Assembly: GCF_964204645.1 (NCBI RefSeq)
Contig: NC_134030.1
Span: 1,905,355-1,969,354, forward strand
Source of the DNA: Tubulanus polymorphus
Lineage: Eukaryota; Animalia; Nemertea
DNA: 64,000 bases
Reading direction: 5' to 3'
Shown piece after piece: positions 35,501 through 48,778 of this stretch; positions within the stretch are counted from its first letter, which is position 1, and every line of letters begins with the position of its first letter. The translations under genes were made by a program, and so were the position numbers. The notes beneath the pieces were generated by a model. The model worked only from the letters and a program-made list of their open reading frames with translations. It was not told where the DNA came from and searched no databases.

Positions 35501-38500
35501 AACAGTTCACAGTTCCAGGGTTCAATTTGACTGACTTAATCTTGTAGTTAAAGAGACAAATGTTAACCCTAGAACTGTGGAAACTGAGTCCTGGTCTACT
35601 ACATCTTATTGTGGCAAAGTCACAAGATACTACAGGTCAAATCCCTGCCGAGGGAGGAACGTGGCAGTCTCATAACGCCAAGTTCAAATCCCTGTTGAGA
35701 GAGGAACATTGCAGAGTCCCGAGACGGCATCAGGTTCCTTTGCAGTCTGTTATGGTAGGCTTTTGCACATTGAACCGAGTTGGAATTTGGAATGAGGAAC
35801 TTAAGACTGGATATAATTCTAACCAATACAAAAACAATAATAGATATAAAACTTGTACACATTACAAAATGAAAGGAATACAAATATCTATCTGTACACT
35901 TCGTTTGATAAATAGAGGTTTTTAAAAATACTAAATCTATCAAGACCGACACAAGTTTACACAGTAAAAGGGGGTAAGAATAGTATCTGAGAAACAGATA
36001 GAGAAAAGTTACAGTTATATATATATATATATACATCATGATCATCTATTCTCAGTTATAAATAATCCCTCAATTATGATATCTCAAAGTTTATCTTAAT
36101 CTGAAAGTTTTTAGGTTTAACTAATATCATCAATTAGACAGGTTTTATTTGAACACATTCCACCGGCCGCTTCTATCAGGTTTACTGATTACGCCATTCC
36201 GGGATAGAGGATATTCTAGTTGAAACTAACGTGTCAGAAGAGAATTCCAGATTGGTTAAGACTGGCAAGTGAGGGGCTGAAGTTGCTGAAAAGTTGGTTA
36301 AAGATAACCGGTGGATGAACCGTAGTAACAATACAATTTCAATGGTCACTATGTCAACCATCCACTGTGCTGATTTACTCTAAACAACTTTTCAGTAACC
36401 GCAGCCCCTGAAAGATAAACTTTGAAATATCAACAATTTCGAGATAATTCATTTTGATCGACGTTGAGGTCTTACTTTGAGGAGTTGCTACGTGCGCCGA
36501 TTGTTGCAGTAACGTATTGAATCCGAACAGGTCGGTTACAGCAGACGTATTGTTAGAATACGACGACGATGACGTAGGTGGCGACATAATCGATAAACCT
36601 AAACTACCCGTGAAATAGTCACCGGTTGCCGCCGATGAGCCGGTCGCCGCTGCTGCTGCTGTACCAGTCGAACCAGCTGCAGCCATTCTACGAGCGTGCT
36701 CAGATGCTAAGCGCCACCAATCAGCGCCACCTATATTGTACATTAACCGTTAATCATTCTTTTCTCTTATATTTGTGGCTTATGTCGGGATATGCAGGGG
36801 GTACCGGCTCTTACCACCAGATGGCGCAACTATTTTTATATTCATTTTCAATGCAATTTGAACTTGATATTTTGTCTTCCAAATCTGATAATCATCGGAG
36901 ATAGATACACAATCCACTTTATCAATCAGTGCAAAGACGAACTCAATGAACTTAAATACATTTCTGAGAAGTATGATTTTTTTAGGGTAGAATATAAAAT
37001 TAGCCAAAGTATTCCTGAAGATTGACTATTAGGATATTATAGGTTGAAACATTGAAATAAACCAAATATCGTTTTAGGCGGCCCTCAGATTCTTTCCATT
37101 TCTCAACCGTATTGATTCAACAATAGAGGAATCTGTATTGATTCATTCAAGTTAATGATCCAGGTACTAGTCATCGGTTTAGTCATTTAACACTAGATGG
37201 CAGCACGCGTTCTATCAGAGTAATAAATGTAACAGACATTAAAGACAATTTGTGTCGAAGCTAGCTGGCGAACATTCCTCTCTCCCTCTCTCTCTCTCCC
37301 TGCCGCTTATCTTTGCATTTATATATGACATGACACAGATGACACATCACCATGGAAACAACTAGGATTCTGAGGCAATTTAATATCTGAAAGTGATGCC
37401 GGCAAAAACAGAATAACCTGCACTGAATCGCATAGTCAATTACTTCAGTTTATAGCATTATCAGTGCTTTCTATTAGACATCATCGGTTAGTACATAATA
37501 TCTCTCCCTCTCTCCCTATCTTTATTAACAGTCATCTTATGTTAGCGTCCGTTTACCGGGCCTGGACAAACGCACATATACACATACCCACCCCTGGACC
37601 AAACCCTGGGCATACTCCCGGCCACATTCCTGGACACAAACAACTTGCTTTAACTTGACAGGTTTCACAGTTCTCAGTAGGTTTTAGTTGATCTCAAACT
37701 CTAGTCATTATACTTCTATAAGATCCTCAAAATTTCCCTTCAGATTTTACTTAACCATTCATGAAGATCTAAGCCATTGGAATCATTTTTTTAAAACAAA
37801 CACTCCTAGTTTTTCAGGCAAAAAATTGAATGTAAAATATATCTATCATTTAAACAGCTAGGGATGAATCAAGATGGAAGCACAAGGAGCTCATGCTCCC
37901 GTCACAATTTTTCTGCGCTCAACAGGGACTCGTCACAATTGATAGTGAATGAATAAAATCAGTATCAATGACCAACACCAGTATCCCTGTATAATAAAAG
38001 AAACAAGAGTGCCACAACTAATCGTCTACGTGAAAATGACCTTTCCTATTCAATTCTAATTCAATCGACTGTAATTCCAAAAATTCTCAACCGATTCACA
38101 TGAAATCAGCTTTAATACAAACTAGAAAACTTTCTGCTTCCAACGAGCCTTTAACCACCACTCTACGACAAATATCTCACAACGAAATCACTGTTTATTT
38201 ACGGGAGATAGCTCAAAATGGAGGTGTACAGATTCTATGGTGGACAGCAAAGATGGCAGTTTTTTTAACTTCAGGCAGGTTTTATTCATTCACTATTAAT
38301 TGTGACAAGTCCCTGTATATTATTCAGGGACAATTCTTCACCTGTAACTCAAGGGGAGGAAGGGGAGGAGTTTACACTTAGCCTTATATTGTTTTTATTG
38401 TCATCACACGAGTTCCTGGAAATTGTATTAAAAATCATTTAAATTTCCAAACATTTCTCAACATCCGTTTTGACTACGCGGACGCTTAACTCGCCAGTTC

Positions 38501-40711
38501 TAATAGTTTCATCAGCTCGTGCTGCCCCCTGCTGGATGTGCCTGGTATAATACTGACCTGTAGTAGAATTAAGACCAGCTGTAAACGGTGTTTGTAAACC
38601 GGTATTAAACGCGTCGAGCGATCCTAGAGCCAGCGCAGGTGACAGAGTAGGAAACAGCGGAGGTCGTCCTAACATCGAGAATGCAGTCGGTAGATGAGAT
38701 AGATGAGAGAATGGATTAGCCGCTGCTGCTGAGGTTACTGAACTGAATGGAAGATGACCTGTAAATACATTTAATTATATGAATAATTATTTAGAGATGA
38801 TTAGAGGGGAGGGGTGTGCCCTATACCCGCGACCAGTTTTAAAGTTCTTGACTCAGTTAGTAATGGTTATCATTAATCGGTTTATTTTTGATTAGTCGAC
38901 TCAAAAAATCACAATTCTAAACTGCCAACTGTGGACTGTGGATCCAGTCCACAGTTCAGGATCCAGTTCCACAGTTCTGGACCCAGCTTCACAGAAGGAC
39001 TCGGTTCTCGTTCTGGACCAGTTGCACAGTTAAGGACTCAGTTCAACAGTTCTGGACCCAGTTCCACAGTTCTGGACCCAGCTTCACAGTTCAGGATCCA
39101 GTTTCACAGTTCAGGATCCAGTTCCACAGTTCAGGATCCAGTTCCACAGTTCCACAATTATTTTAGGCTACATGGTTTAAGTTGAAAAAAACCATTTTCA
39201 ATCAACTCTTATGAAAAGAACGTTTTAACCTCAACGAGATATTTTTAAACGTTGATATTTGATTCTTTTTGATCCGAGATAAAAACAGTCGGATATTTTT
39301 TTACGTGAAACAATATTTCTGTAAAATGTGAATTTGACACTGAATGATGCAAAAAATAAAACGTTACAAAAAATCAACGCTATCCTCCAGCTATGAGTTA
39401 AAATGGCTATCGTTTATCTACAGATATAAATAATGTAAAATAGATTTAAACATGAGAACTACAAATTTACAATTGACTGAAAAAGCAAAGAGACCTTGGA
39501 ATTAACGAGTGGGTTCGTGAAAATTTACTGGCAGTTATAGCTCGTACTGGCGCGAATAGCTCTATCCAATATCAGCGGAAAAATGCAGTGTCTTTTAAAG
39601 GCAAATATCATATTACAGATATTCAGTATTTGAATTGATAGCTATGAGTGGAGATGTTTGAGGGGGAGAGAGAAAGAGAAAGATACTTCAGGGTAGATCA
39701 ATGTTTTTTAAATCTGATGACTAGCATTAATATGTAAAATGTATTATTTGCTTTTTGTAGATGTTGCCATAGTAATCTTTATAAGTGGCAGTCATTTTGA
39801 ACAAAGCATTTTCATCGGCGCTATCAACGGAATATTTGTATCATCATTGCCCTCTCTTTATCGACGGTACAATCCCTGCCTGCTGTCAAACGGCCCATTT
39901 GAAAAAAGTCAGGGTGATCAAATTTTCTTCAATCTCGACAGAGGGATTTAAGATGGCTGGATAGGGCATACAGTATGCGGGGGGGGATTTACTCACAAAT
40001 GGTTTTTATAGTTATCATTACGAGGTTTCATTGATTGAGCATCGACTACGGAACCAAACCGTCGTGAAATAATTGTTAATGAAATGATTTTAACTGGAAC
40101 ACAGTCAAGTTTTCACCGATGGCCTCACTGTCGGATATAAACGCAGCGATATAAACATATTTTCTCCGATGCTGATGTCGTTAATTATGAATGAAAATCA
40201 GTGTATAATTCTGTATACGACAATGCTGCTGCTGCTGCTGCTGCTGCTGCTAAATCCCTTGAGAAATAAAGGTGTTATTATTGATTAAACAAAGATGTAT
40301 CGAATACGCGTTGGTTGTATTATGAATCACTCCGTCGGAGTTAGACGGAGATTTACTCCTCCGATCTGCTCCGACATTCTCATCCATCTATCTCTTTACT
40401 TTTCATTATTGTACGAAGCATCCATCCGTTGCCGTAGCGATTTTCATTGCGATCATCCATTTAGAAATGTCGCCGGTGAAGAAGGAGTATAGTCTTATAT
40501 CGGACTAACTGACTACTGCTGCTGCTCTGTTGTTACCGGATACCGCATTATTTTACCGTTTAACATTGTTGTTTATTCACCGCGCTATGATACCGATATT
40601 CCAGGGGCCAGTTATACATTTAAAACTTAGATTGAAGACCAGTTTAAGACCATCTAAGTTTAACAATACGACCATTCTATTCTGGTTTATTGACCAATCT
40701 AACAACTTAAA

Positions 40712-40774
<63 letters not shown>

Positions 40775-41152
40775 TATGGGCCCTGGGGCAAGTCTAGAAA
40801 GGCAATCTTGGTTCTATGGTACGATCTAAAACTTAAGATACTACTTTATCCTTGCTCTGTCCGAACGTGAAGTTGGCCATTTTCAGTGATCTAGTCCCGA
40901 TATAACAAATCAACATCTGCTTTTCGGTTTAACAAATCATTTTTTACGAAAGTTAATGATTTAAGATCAATTGCTCATGAGTCTACTCGAGTTCTGGTCC
41001 ATTCTATTGACATACGGGTAGATGTCCTCATGTTATGGGTTTATCATTTACTTACCCAACAAAGCACCGGCATCGAAATAGTTAGTGGATGGACCGGGAC
41101 TTGGCTGAGAGGGAGCTAACTGCTGTTCTGCTGCTCCGCGATCCATGGCCAT
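7628..41152 (-). CDS. BAZ2B: Bromodomain adjacent to zinc finger domain 2B / toutatis-like ISWI regulatory subunit, complete, ~2506 aa, 35 coding exons
   Basis: Exons in transcript order, all GT-AG and phase-consistent, total 7521 nt: 41152-41056, 38758-38558, 36730-36476, 33900-33692, 33614-33462, 32963-32820, 31494-31225, 30442-30257, 29628-29571, 28346-28206, 27702-27642, 27453-27339, 26915-26820, 26335-26155, 26077-25985, 25031-24916, 22851-22786, 21157-21113, 20178-20050, 19801-19612, 19200-19067, 18630-18520, 18443-18259, 17454-17289, 17122-17066, 16503-14644, 14521-14212, 13856-13698, 13141-12969, 12578-11989, 11506-11227, 10291-10122, 9192-9004, 8520-8377, 7814-7628 (TAG). Motifs: GADWWR, ELRIPLEYGWRRETRI (MBD), ERERRRQHMMLVKA, ELKKPIEDM (DDT), FGQDRYHRRYW, LHPRGIRERMLQK, IERRYLKPPL, IAWEKSIMK, two PHD fingers, WPF..PMDL bromodomain. 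The N-terminal low-complexity exons are less certain. Confidence 0.92.
9255..9625 (-). mobile_element. tRNA-derived SINE, interrupted by a MITE
   Basis: Minus strand reads GCAGTTAGCTCAGTTGGTTGAG (A box) .. GTTCGAAACC (B box), followed by a non-tRNA body; no intact cloverleaf. 3' boundary approximate. Confidence 0.65.
9359..9508. mobile_element. PIF/Harbinger (Tourist-like) MITE, 150 bp
   Basis: TAA|GGGATCATTCATTTATTACATACGCA...TGTGTACATCATAAATAAATGGTCCC|TAA; 3-bp TAA TSD. Confidence 0.8.
10640..11049. repeat. Long near-perfect inverted repeat (arms 10640-10829 and 10855-11049, 25-nt loop)
   Basis: Arms read directly as reverse complements with a few mismatches and indels. Confidence 0.95.
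11579..11936. mobile_element. MITE with CATGGTTCCCACAG termini
   Basis: CATGGTTCCCACAG ... CTGTGGGAATCATG. Confidence 0.55.
13207..13386. mobile_element. MITE with perfect 23-bp inverted termini (TA-flanked)
   Basis: TAATGTCTATTTCAACCTGACTT ... AAGTCAGGTTGAAATAGACATTA. Confidence 0.75.
15340..15700 (-). repeat. Coding minisatellite in the largest BAZ2B exon (DKTLDETN-type repeats)
   Basis: Repeated GATAAAACATTGGATGAAACAAAT variants, all in frame. Confidence 0.9.
17510..18195. repeat. Diverged local direct duplication (~380-bp offset) with internal sub-repeats
   Basis: GCTGGTCTTCATCGGTTTGAATTTTTGTG at ~17520 and ~17898; GTCAGTGGGTTTGAGAAGGAAAAGAAA in both halves. Confidence 0.85.
18259..19801 (-). 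CDS. BAZ2B: BAZ2B DDT and WHIM1 exons
   Basis: AFSDCLMIIEFLNNFGEALGF..PTLNSLQLAL; KAEILAFLCNELLCSKNIVNEIDRNIDSMNNYRRDKWVVDG. Confidence 0.9.
19945..20025 (+). mobile_element. 3' tail fragment of an L2/CR1-type retroelement
   Basis: TTGTAAAGCGCTATGA..GCGGTATATAAA..(ATT)n; similar tail at ~18900-18940. Confidence 0.45.
24068..24227. mobile_element. pogo/Tigger-like MITE with partial tandem duplication; related copy at 44284-44364
   Basis: TA|CAGTGGAACCT .. AGGTTCCAC..TG|TA; right part duplicated. Confidence 0.65.
25095..25825 (+). mobile_element. Retrozyme-like (hammerhead-carrying) repeat; ~160-170 nt monomer flanking the 69-bp array
   Basis: Degenerate hammerhead at ~25103-25133 plus tail 25134-25250; the same tail recurs at 25731-25822 and at 55610-55710. 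Confidence 0.65.
25251..25735 (+). ncRNA. Tandem array (7 x 69 bp) of minimal type-I hammerhead ribozyme motifs
   Basis: Unit contains TATTC-CTGAAGA-T-GACT(ATTAGGATAA)AGTC-GAAA-CG-TT-GAATA. Core starts at 25261, 25330 (CCGAAGA variant), 25399, 25468, 25537, 25606 and 25675. Confidence 0.75.
26820..27702 (-). CDS. BAZ2B: BAZ2B MBD/TAM domain exons (27702-27642, 27453-27339, 26915-26820)
   Basis: ELRIPLEYG-WRRETRIKSVSSRGGLLGEVIYHTPCSRKLRTYPDVTR-YLEKNNITDLTLDNFTF. Confidence 0.9.
28573..29528. repeat. 41-bp minisatellite, ~23 copies
   Basis: Unit AGTGGCAATGATGGCTGAACTGGAACTATGAGATATCTCRT. Confidence 0.97.
30958..31095. mobile_element. 138-bp Harbinger-like MITE, family A (CAG TSD)
   Basis: CAG|GGGCCAGTTGCA...TGCAACCGGCCC|CAG; near-identical to 33020-33157; many decayed relatives (e.g. 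~16560-17020, 20338-20470, 26985-27145, 30720-30875, 40603-40710). Confidence 0.8.
32562..32669. mobile_element. Harbinger-like MITE, family B (CTG TSD); relatives at ~10351-10460, 13533-13620, 19375-19490, 35340-35430, 54362-54450
   Basis: CTG|GACCCAGTTCCACAG...CTGTGGAACTGGACC|CTG. Confidence 0.75.
33020..33423. mobile_element. MITE cluster: family A (33020-33157, CTG TSD), family B (33191-33281), inverted family A (33285-33423)
   Basis: TIRs GGGCCAGTTGCA/TGCAACCGGCCC and GACCCAGTTCCACAGTT/AACTGTGGAACTGGTCC read directly. Confidence 0.85.
34295..34930. repeat. 19-bp minisatellite, ~33 copies
   Basis: Unit CTCTGAGTTAAACAGTTAT. Confidence 0.97.
37008..37059 (+). repeat. Isolated degenerate copy of the hammerhead motif
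   Basis: AGTATTCCTGAAGATTGACTATTAGGATATTATAGGTTGAAACATTGAAATA. Confidence 0.65.
38940..39155. repeat. 20-bp tandem repeat made of the family-B MITE terminus
   Basis: Unit CAGGATCCAGTTCCACAGTT / CTGGACCCAGTTCCACAGTT. Confidence 0.9.
40714..40777. repeat. (TA)n microsatellite
   Basis: Read directly; shorter (TA)n tract at 43371-43402. Confidence 0.95.
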
Positions 41153-41483
41153 TCAGCCTAGAAATAAACATATATAGAACATATCAAACAGCGAAGTTGA
41201 AAATCATTGACCCAACCGAGGGGAAACACTTAGCGTGATGGCCACTTTCAATTGACTTGCTTTTTCCTTGATTATTCCCTGACATGCACACGTTGTTTTC
41301 CCTGACTTGATCTGCTAAGAATTCAATCAATTAAAACAGTCATATACCTAAGACATAGACGGCAACTGCATTAATCTCAACACATTTTCCCTGATTTTAA
41401 GCTTTTTTACGAAGTATTTCTTGTTATAGAATAGTAACTAATCTGAAAATGAGGAACCGTAGTCAGCTTTGTATGGGCATTCT

Positions 41484-41963
<480 letters not shown>

Positions 41964-42729
41964 CTGGGTACTGTACAGACCACTACGCCCATGCTCTACG
42001 CCTTCTAAACCACAATTTCATTAATTAATTATCACAAACGACAATGAATTTCAAACATTAAATGAACAATCAATCAATACCGGTTACCGGTATGTTGTTA
42101 TTCATGTGTGGAGAGTTAGTGTGTGACAGCAGCAGCGCGCGATGTTAATCGAAGCAAGTAACAGAAAAATGATCATACTTTATACAGACAGCAGTAGTAC
42201 ATATCTCTTGAGTGAGCAGAAGAGAGGAGCGAGGAAGGATCACTCTCGTGTAAAGAATACATCACTTTTATCGATCATCCGAATTCTATTTCCTTGTTAG
42301 GTATTAAAACTATAAAACCCGATGCACGATAAGAACATATGTGACGAATACAGCAAACAGTCACAGACATAAAATAATAACAGTGTTTATTTAATCGTCT
42401 TTGTGACGTGAATATATATACACGAGAGATTTTAAATAGTCTACAGATGGAACGTTTCAGTGAAATATATTGATCTGAAGTTGATTTTCATCAGGGGTAG
42501 AGAAGGAAAGCGGCTGCAGCGTCGTCATCAATGATTGATCTGATTTATAAACGTAATGAGGAATACCGAGGAGTACAGTCCTTCCATCCGTCTGCTCACT
42601 AGCTCATCCCATCATCATCGTTTTATATCATTAATATAATGTATGATTATTATTGGACGGGGAAAAACATTGTGTACTGCAAGAAAAACAAGACAATTAA
42701 TGAAAGATAGAGATTTTTTTTAAGACACT

Positions 42730-42980
42730 GAGAAAGGGAAAGGAGAGGAACAGAGAGAGAAGGCAGGAGGAACAGAGAGAAGGGAAAGGAGAGAGAAGGC
42801 AGGAGGAACTGAGTGATGGGAGAGGAGAGGGTAGAGAAGGCAAATAGAGGCTGAGAGAAGGGGGGAGGAGTGGAACGAAGAAAGGAAGAGGTAAAGGGAG
42901 AGAGAAGGTTAAGGGAAAAGAGAAGGGAGAGGAGAGAAGGGAGAGGAGAGAAGGGAGAGGAGAGAAGGGAGAGGAGAGCC
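42730..42980 (+). repeat. Polypurine (GA-rich) low-complexity tract; similar tracts at 44895-45045 and CT-rich 12690-12960
   Basis: Read directly. Confidence 0.85.
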
Positions 42981-43368
42981 AGTAATATGTTAGTATTTTC
43001 TCGTTGGAATGTTACACGTTTTATTAGAGGCCCTATAGAATTTAACATATCTCCAGTCATGATTCCTGATCATGATACAAAATTCTGAATAAAAAAAAAA
43101 TCTGTTCAATATTGAACTTTTTTCAGGCGTTCTGTTGAAAGCCTGCGTTATTTATTCACAGTTTGCTTCAGATTAATTTCTTATGTTTACACAATGAACA
43201 GATATAGATCGAGGAAATGGAGAGTGAGAGGGAGAGAGCGAGGAGAGAGAGAGTGAGAGAGAGAGAGAGAGTGAGAGTGAAAAATAATAATTTTTTATAT
43301 TCATCACATCTGAGTCAATATAATTTAATGAAAGTGAGGGAGAAGAGAAGAGAGAGTGAGAAGTTACC

Positions 43369-43405
<37 letters not shown>

Positions 43406-46400
43406 CTAGAAGGAGGAGAAAGGATCAGAAATGGAAGAAGGGTGGTGCACGATTGACAATATATATATATACATGTAGATGATGCATTTATGAAGCTTCA
43501 TGAATTATGGACATCATCATCTCTCTGCCAATGTCTCAGTGTCTATTTATAGAAGATAAACAGCTCACAATCAAATATATTACACACACGCACAGGTATA
43601 TAATGATAATAATACAAACAGCAGCAGCACACTGACAGTCATCAGTTTTAGTGAAAAATTCAAGATACACAATGCGCGGCGCATATCAATTATAGATCAT
43701 ATCAAATGGTAGATATTTGATATTTTGAGATATCAACATGAAAATCGTTTTGCTGTTGGATATAAAATCCCAAGTTAGAGAGCGAACGAGAGATCCATGT
43801 GGACCTTGAGACTTCATCGAGATAATCGCCAGTTGCAGACACTTCTAGAGAATGAACAAGAGGCCTCAGGGCTGTTAAACGAAATTGATCCAAACGCTTC
43901 CACGCCCGTGATGCTACTTGATTATATATCATAACTTTCAGCCCAGAGTCCAGTTTCACAGATTTACCTCTTTCAAATCCTTATCTTTTCAGTTTATCAA
44001 AAATCAATTGGGGAATTGAATCATTTTTGACAGCTGGGCCGTGAAACAGGACCCGGTATCCAACCCATTCAGAACCTGTGTCCCTAACACAAATAAACCA
44101 ACCTTTTATCATATGAAACAAACAGTTTTGATTCTAGTCCAATAAACTTGAGATAACGTATTTCTATATTTAAATTGGCAGTAAGTTCATTAACAGGTTT
44201 TACTAAAGGTGAATCTCACGTGATAGATTTATTTATAATCGAATTGTTTGCGATAAACAATTGGTGAAAGATATAGTTCAAAACAGTGGAACCTCATTAC
44301 AACAATTCTAGATTCCAGTGATCGTTTTATATCTGAGGTGTTTATATTACAAGGTTCCGCTGTATTTAATCATACAGAAATGTAACTATAGTCCCGTAAT
44401 TAGAGCTAAGTCTAAACTTAAGAAATTATCCAACAAAGGATCCACAATTATTTACCGAAACCTGAGTTTGCCGGAAAAAAAATGTCTTTTTACAATACAA
44501 GGGGTACGATAATATCTTTACAAGGCTTGATGATTACAGGTTTGAGGAAATATTCAAATTTGTATTGTATGATCAAAGCTATGGACTGTTTGAGAATCAA
44601 TGATGGAATTTTCTGAAGGTTTCGTGAGTTTGGAGATTCAGATTCAGCAGGCGATGATCTAGAAATGAAAGTGGGGGATTCCAAACGGTATCCCTGCAGC
44701 TGGAGAGAGGAAGCGATGAGTTTTTTGTAAGAATAGAAGCCTAGAGATGGTGGGATAAACTGCTCAATAGAGTGTGATCTTTCTAAGAGGGGGGCCGGGC
44801 GGAGGGGAGTCCAGACACCTGGGAATGCCCGACTGTGTTAAACATGTTTGCAATTACATTTCATATAAGTACAGAATTACTTCAAAACTGATGGGTGTGA
44901 GGGAGAGGGAAGATCGAGGGGAGAAGGAAGAGTGAGGAGAGAGAGAAGAGTGAGGGGAGAGAGAAGGGGAGAGGGGGAAAGTGAAGGGAGAAGGAAGTAA
45001 GGGAAAGGGGAAAGGGAGAATGAGAGGATAGCGAAGAGAAGGGGAGTTTCAGTTAATAGCAAAATCTATTTCATTTCCAATGATTGAATATACTCACATA
45101 TTTAGATAAACACCACTAAACTTTTACGTTTCATAAATGCCATATACAGATAGGTATACAGGAACATATGTATACATATAAATATACATATATATATATT
45201 CATATATATCAGGTTTTAGATGAAAAACCTACGGAGACAAAGTATAGAAATAATGTATGAACTAATATAATAGTGGTACGTACACTAGACGACGAGTAGT
45301 AGAGGAGATAATGCTATAAATCCAATCCATACGCTACATACACTCTCGCCGTTGTTACATATCTAGATATATTTCCAATTAAATATACAGTAAAAGCATG
45401 TATTTTTCAATGACCTAGCCAGGTTCAGATAATAAATGTATACATAGTCTGATTATAAAGTCTCTCTCATTCTCTCTCTCTCTCTCAACTCGCGCGGTAT
45501 AAAACATATGTGCGTTAGTTAGTATTAACGCATTGTGGATCGTATGTATATGTGCCTATTGTAACGGTACGTGCTCAGAGTTGAAAAAATAATACAGAAA
45601 TTTCTTTGATCGATAATAATATCAAAGTCATTCTCAGCATCTCGAGTAGCTCTGTATTATTATCCGCGGTTGATGCTGTATCCTCTACTCAGCAGCATCC
45701 GCCGAGAGTTTCAGATGAGATCCATCATTAATCGTAGAGATCACTGACCAGAAAATTATACATCATTGAAATAATACTTAAACCAAAGATTGGGAGATTA
45801 TTAAAATACTGCAGATCACGATCAGTTGAATCTGGATTTTGATCAAACCCGGAGGGTTTAGTTTCTTGAAAAAGGGTTTTAAATTTGAAATGTTGCCTTT
45901 GTTGAAAGCAACCAACAGCAATGAGACTAGAAGATTGGAGTTAAAATTCTTGGCGAAAATGGACCTCTGCTGAGAGGATGAATGAAATATATCAGTGATT
46001 TCAAATTCTGTCAAGTTTCACGAGAAAGTTTTAAGCCTAAAACGGTTAAGTTTGAAATTGTTGTCCTCATTGAAAACATGAAGACTAACCAATGGTAATT
46101 ACACCAAAAATTTTAGTTTAAATTTCATGTTTTCAACAATTCAACCGTTCAAAGCATTTAAAACTTTCCATATAAAAAACCTGGATTAAATTCATCAGTC
46201 TCACAGATAACCAATTAGGACTTCAGTATTGTTTAACATACTTTGCATATATTAACATTATTTTTCATAAAATAAAACTTCTGTAATAAACAAAAAGAGA
46301 TGATCCAAATTAAGTCGGTTTTACTGTAATTTATTCTCAAAATGAATTTCATTTCATCTCATTAAAACCGTTTACGGTATGTTTAAAGAACTCTGAACAG

Positions 46401-48778
46401 ATCTCTCCGCGCGAGAGAGATACAGAACGTTGAATAATTGTTGTTCATATTAACAAAGAAACTGTTGTTTATTTGAACGTAACAGATGAGTCTTCGGGGA
46501 AAATCAAAATTGAAAATGTTTCTCCCAAAGTGAAAGTTGAATCTAATTAAGAAAAATTGCGTTTGTAATTCGAGTTGAAAATGCCGGAAAATCGAAGAGA
46601 TTTCATTCATACTTTCACTATTATAGGCCTAATTCTGGGTCGATAGTTTCAAAGGGAAAATCATATTGATACAATCAAAAATATAGAAATAATAGTAACA
46701 AAAGTTAAAATTGGCTGAGATCTAGAGGAAAAGATGATTCAATCAAAAATATAGAAATAATAGCAGCAAAAGTTAAAATTGGAATGCCGGAAATTTTTCA
46801 ATCAATGAAAAACTGAATTTTGAAAAAAAAAACCCAATTTTTTCCCTCCTACCGCGGAAATATCCATCATCCAGGTTAAAAAGGTCGTTGAAATATGCGA
46901 CTACTGAGTGTGAGGTCAATGAACCAGAGTTTCATTAATGCAACAAAGGAGTTTGTCACTTTGTGGACAAATCTGATCAATCACTGCTTATTCTATAAAT
47001 AATACATTCTTTTTAATAACCTTTAGACATTTTCTTCCCAATTAAAAAAAAAAAACTTAACAACAATGATACCTTGTTTCTCCGCAGCGGCCGGTTCATT
47101 TTTGTAAAATATAAGAAAATTTGTAATCAGTTCATTTCTATAGCGGCCGGGTCTGTTATGGAAAAATTGATCACAATCTTTAAAAAGAAATGAACAGGGA
47201 AGATAGGAAGCCGGCTGGGAAAAAAATATTTCTCTGCTGGTATAGGTCAGAAACGTTGTTTATTTTACGACTTATTGCCTTCTCCCTATAAAAGCGCGGA
47301 GCTCGCTAAAAATCTGTCATCGAAGTTATTTTCGAAAAAGTCCAAGGGTCAGTTGTTCAAAGGTTGATGAAAGATAGAAAGCCGAACATCTTAGAGCGAG
47401 TGACCTCAGAAGGATATTTTTGAAAGTACCCGTACAATACGTAGTCGAGGTTACATTCAATTGTGTTTAAACTGCTCGGTTTTCATCCTATTTACGACGG
47501 GAAACATCAATAATTCAAGTGTAATATATATTTGCATACAGTGTATACCTTGATATATCAGTGAATTCATCCTAGCCGGTAATAATCTCAGATATCTCAC
47601 TCTCAGTATCTTGAGATATAACAAAATATCAAAAATCGATATAAATCAAGCGAGATTGCTTATTGATCTTAGAGATATTTCGACTGATGTGACTTCTGCT
47701 GCTTCTGCTGCCGCTGCTGTTGGCGATATATATATATATATTGGAAAAATTTTTTGAAATATCGAAATGAGCTTCAAAATGATGAAAATCTCAGTCTGAC
47801 GCTTGGTACGAGACATAGGCTACAATATGTTAGAATTGATCGGTTACTCAGGAAATAAGGGATAATTGATTAGGAAATAAATATAAATTAATCAAATATT
47901 AATTGTCATTTAATTAGCCAAGCATAGTTTGATAGGTCCAATTCAAACACGAAATAATTCTAAAAATACATGATAGTAAATCGCACCGCAATGATAGTTG
48001 AAAATGACAGGAGAAATATCATCAATACACATTCACTAATTGTTTCCTAAATATATATATTCATGATTCTTACCTGAGATGATGTTGTTGAATGTAATGA
48101 GCGTTACGGATTTCCCGTATCAAAATCCGTCAAAAATATAACCGTCCAGAAATGTTACGGTCAACAAAGTTAGAACGCATTGTTGAACTGACAGCTGAAA
48201 AGCGTAAACAATAACAAAAACAATGCGCGTGTGCTTAGCGAGCAGAAACTGCCAGGTCAGTGAAACAACAGGAAAATTCTTGTAAAACGCCACCAAGAGT
48301 TTGACTAGATTATTGTCGTGGAATAAAAATGGCTGTGTGTAGCCGGGGATTGAGTCAATAATAATGACTGTGAGCGCAGCGGAGAGACAGAGAGAGAGAG
48401 AGAGAGCGAGCAAGACAAGGAAAACAGAGCATCTTAAAACATCAAATTTCGCGCTATCGGAAACGAAATTCAGGGTCTAATTTACTACCTATGATCAGTA
48501 GGCTTTCTATCGTCGATACTAGCGAGTTTAGATCGACGATTTCGGGTGATTTTATACCCGAAAACGTCGATCGAATCGCGTCGAGGAATTCATAGTATTT
48601 ACTACTACACAGGAGATATATACAGCGCTGAGTATCATAAATTGAATATTTTCAATAAAATTACCCTGATAAACACCGCCGATTTCAGCCGTTGCAAGAC
48701 CTAACAGTAACTACGAAGAAAGCGAACCAACCCCGAAGACGATACGGTACATTCTGAGAGCATAAACGGATTTCTTAC

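Noticed and set aside
35560-36045. Overlapping 121-aa and 141-aa ORFs in a BAZ2B intron as a nested gene
   Set aside because: No recognisable domain, low-complexity AT-rich composition, and the starts lie in MITE or (TA)n-adjacent sequence.
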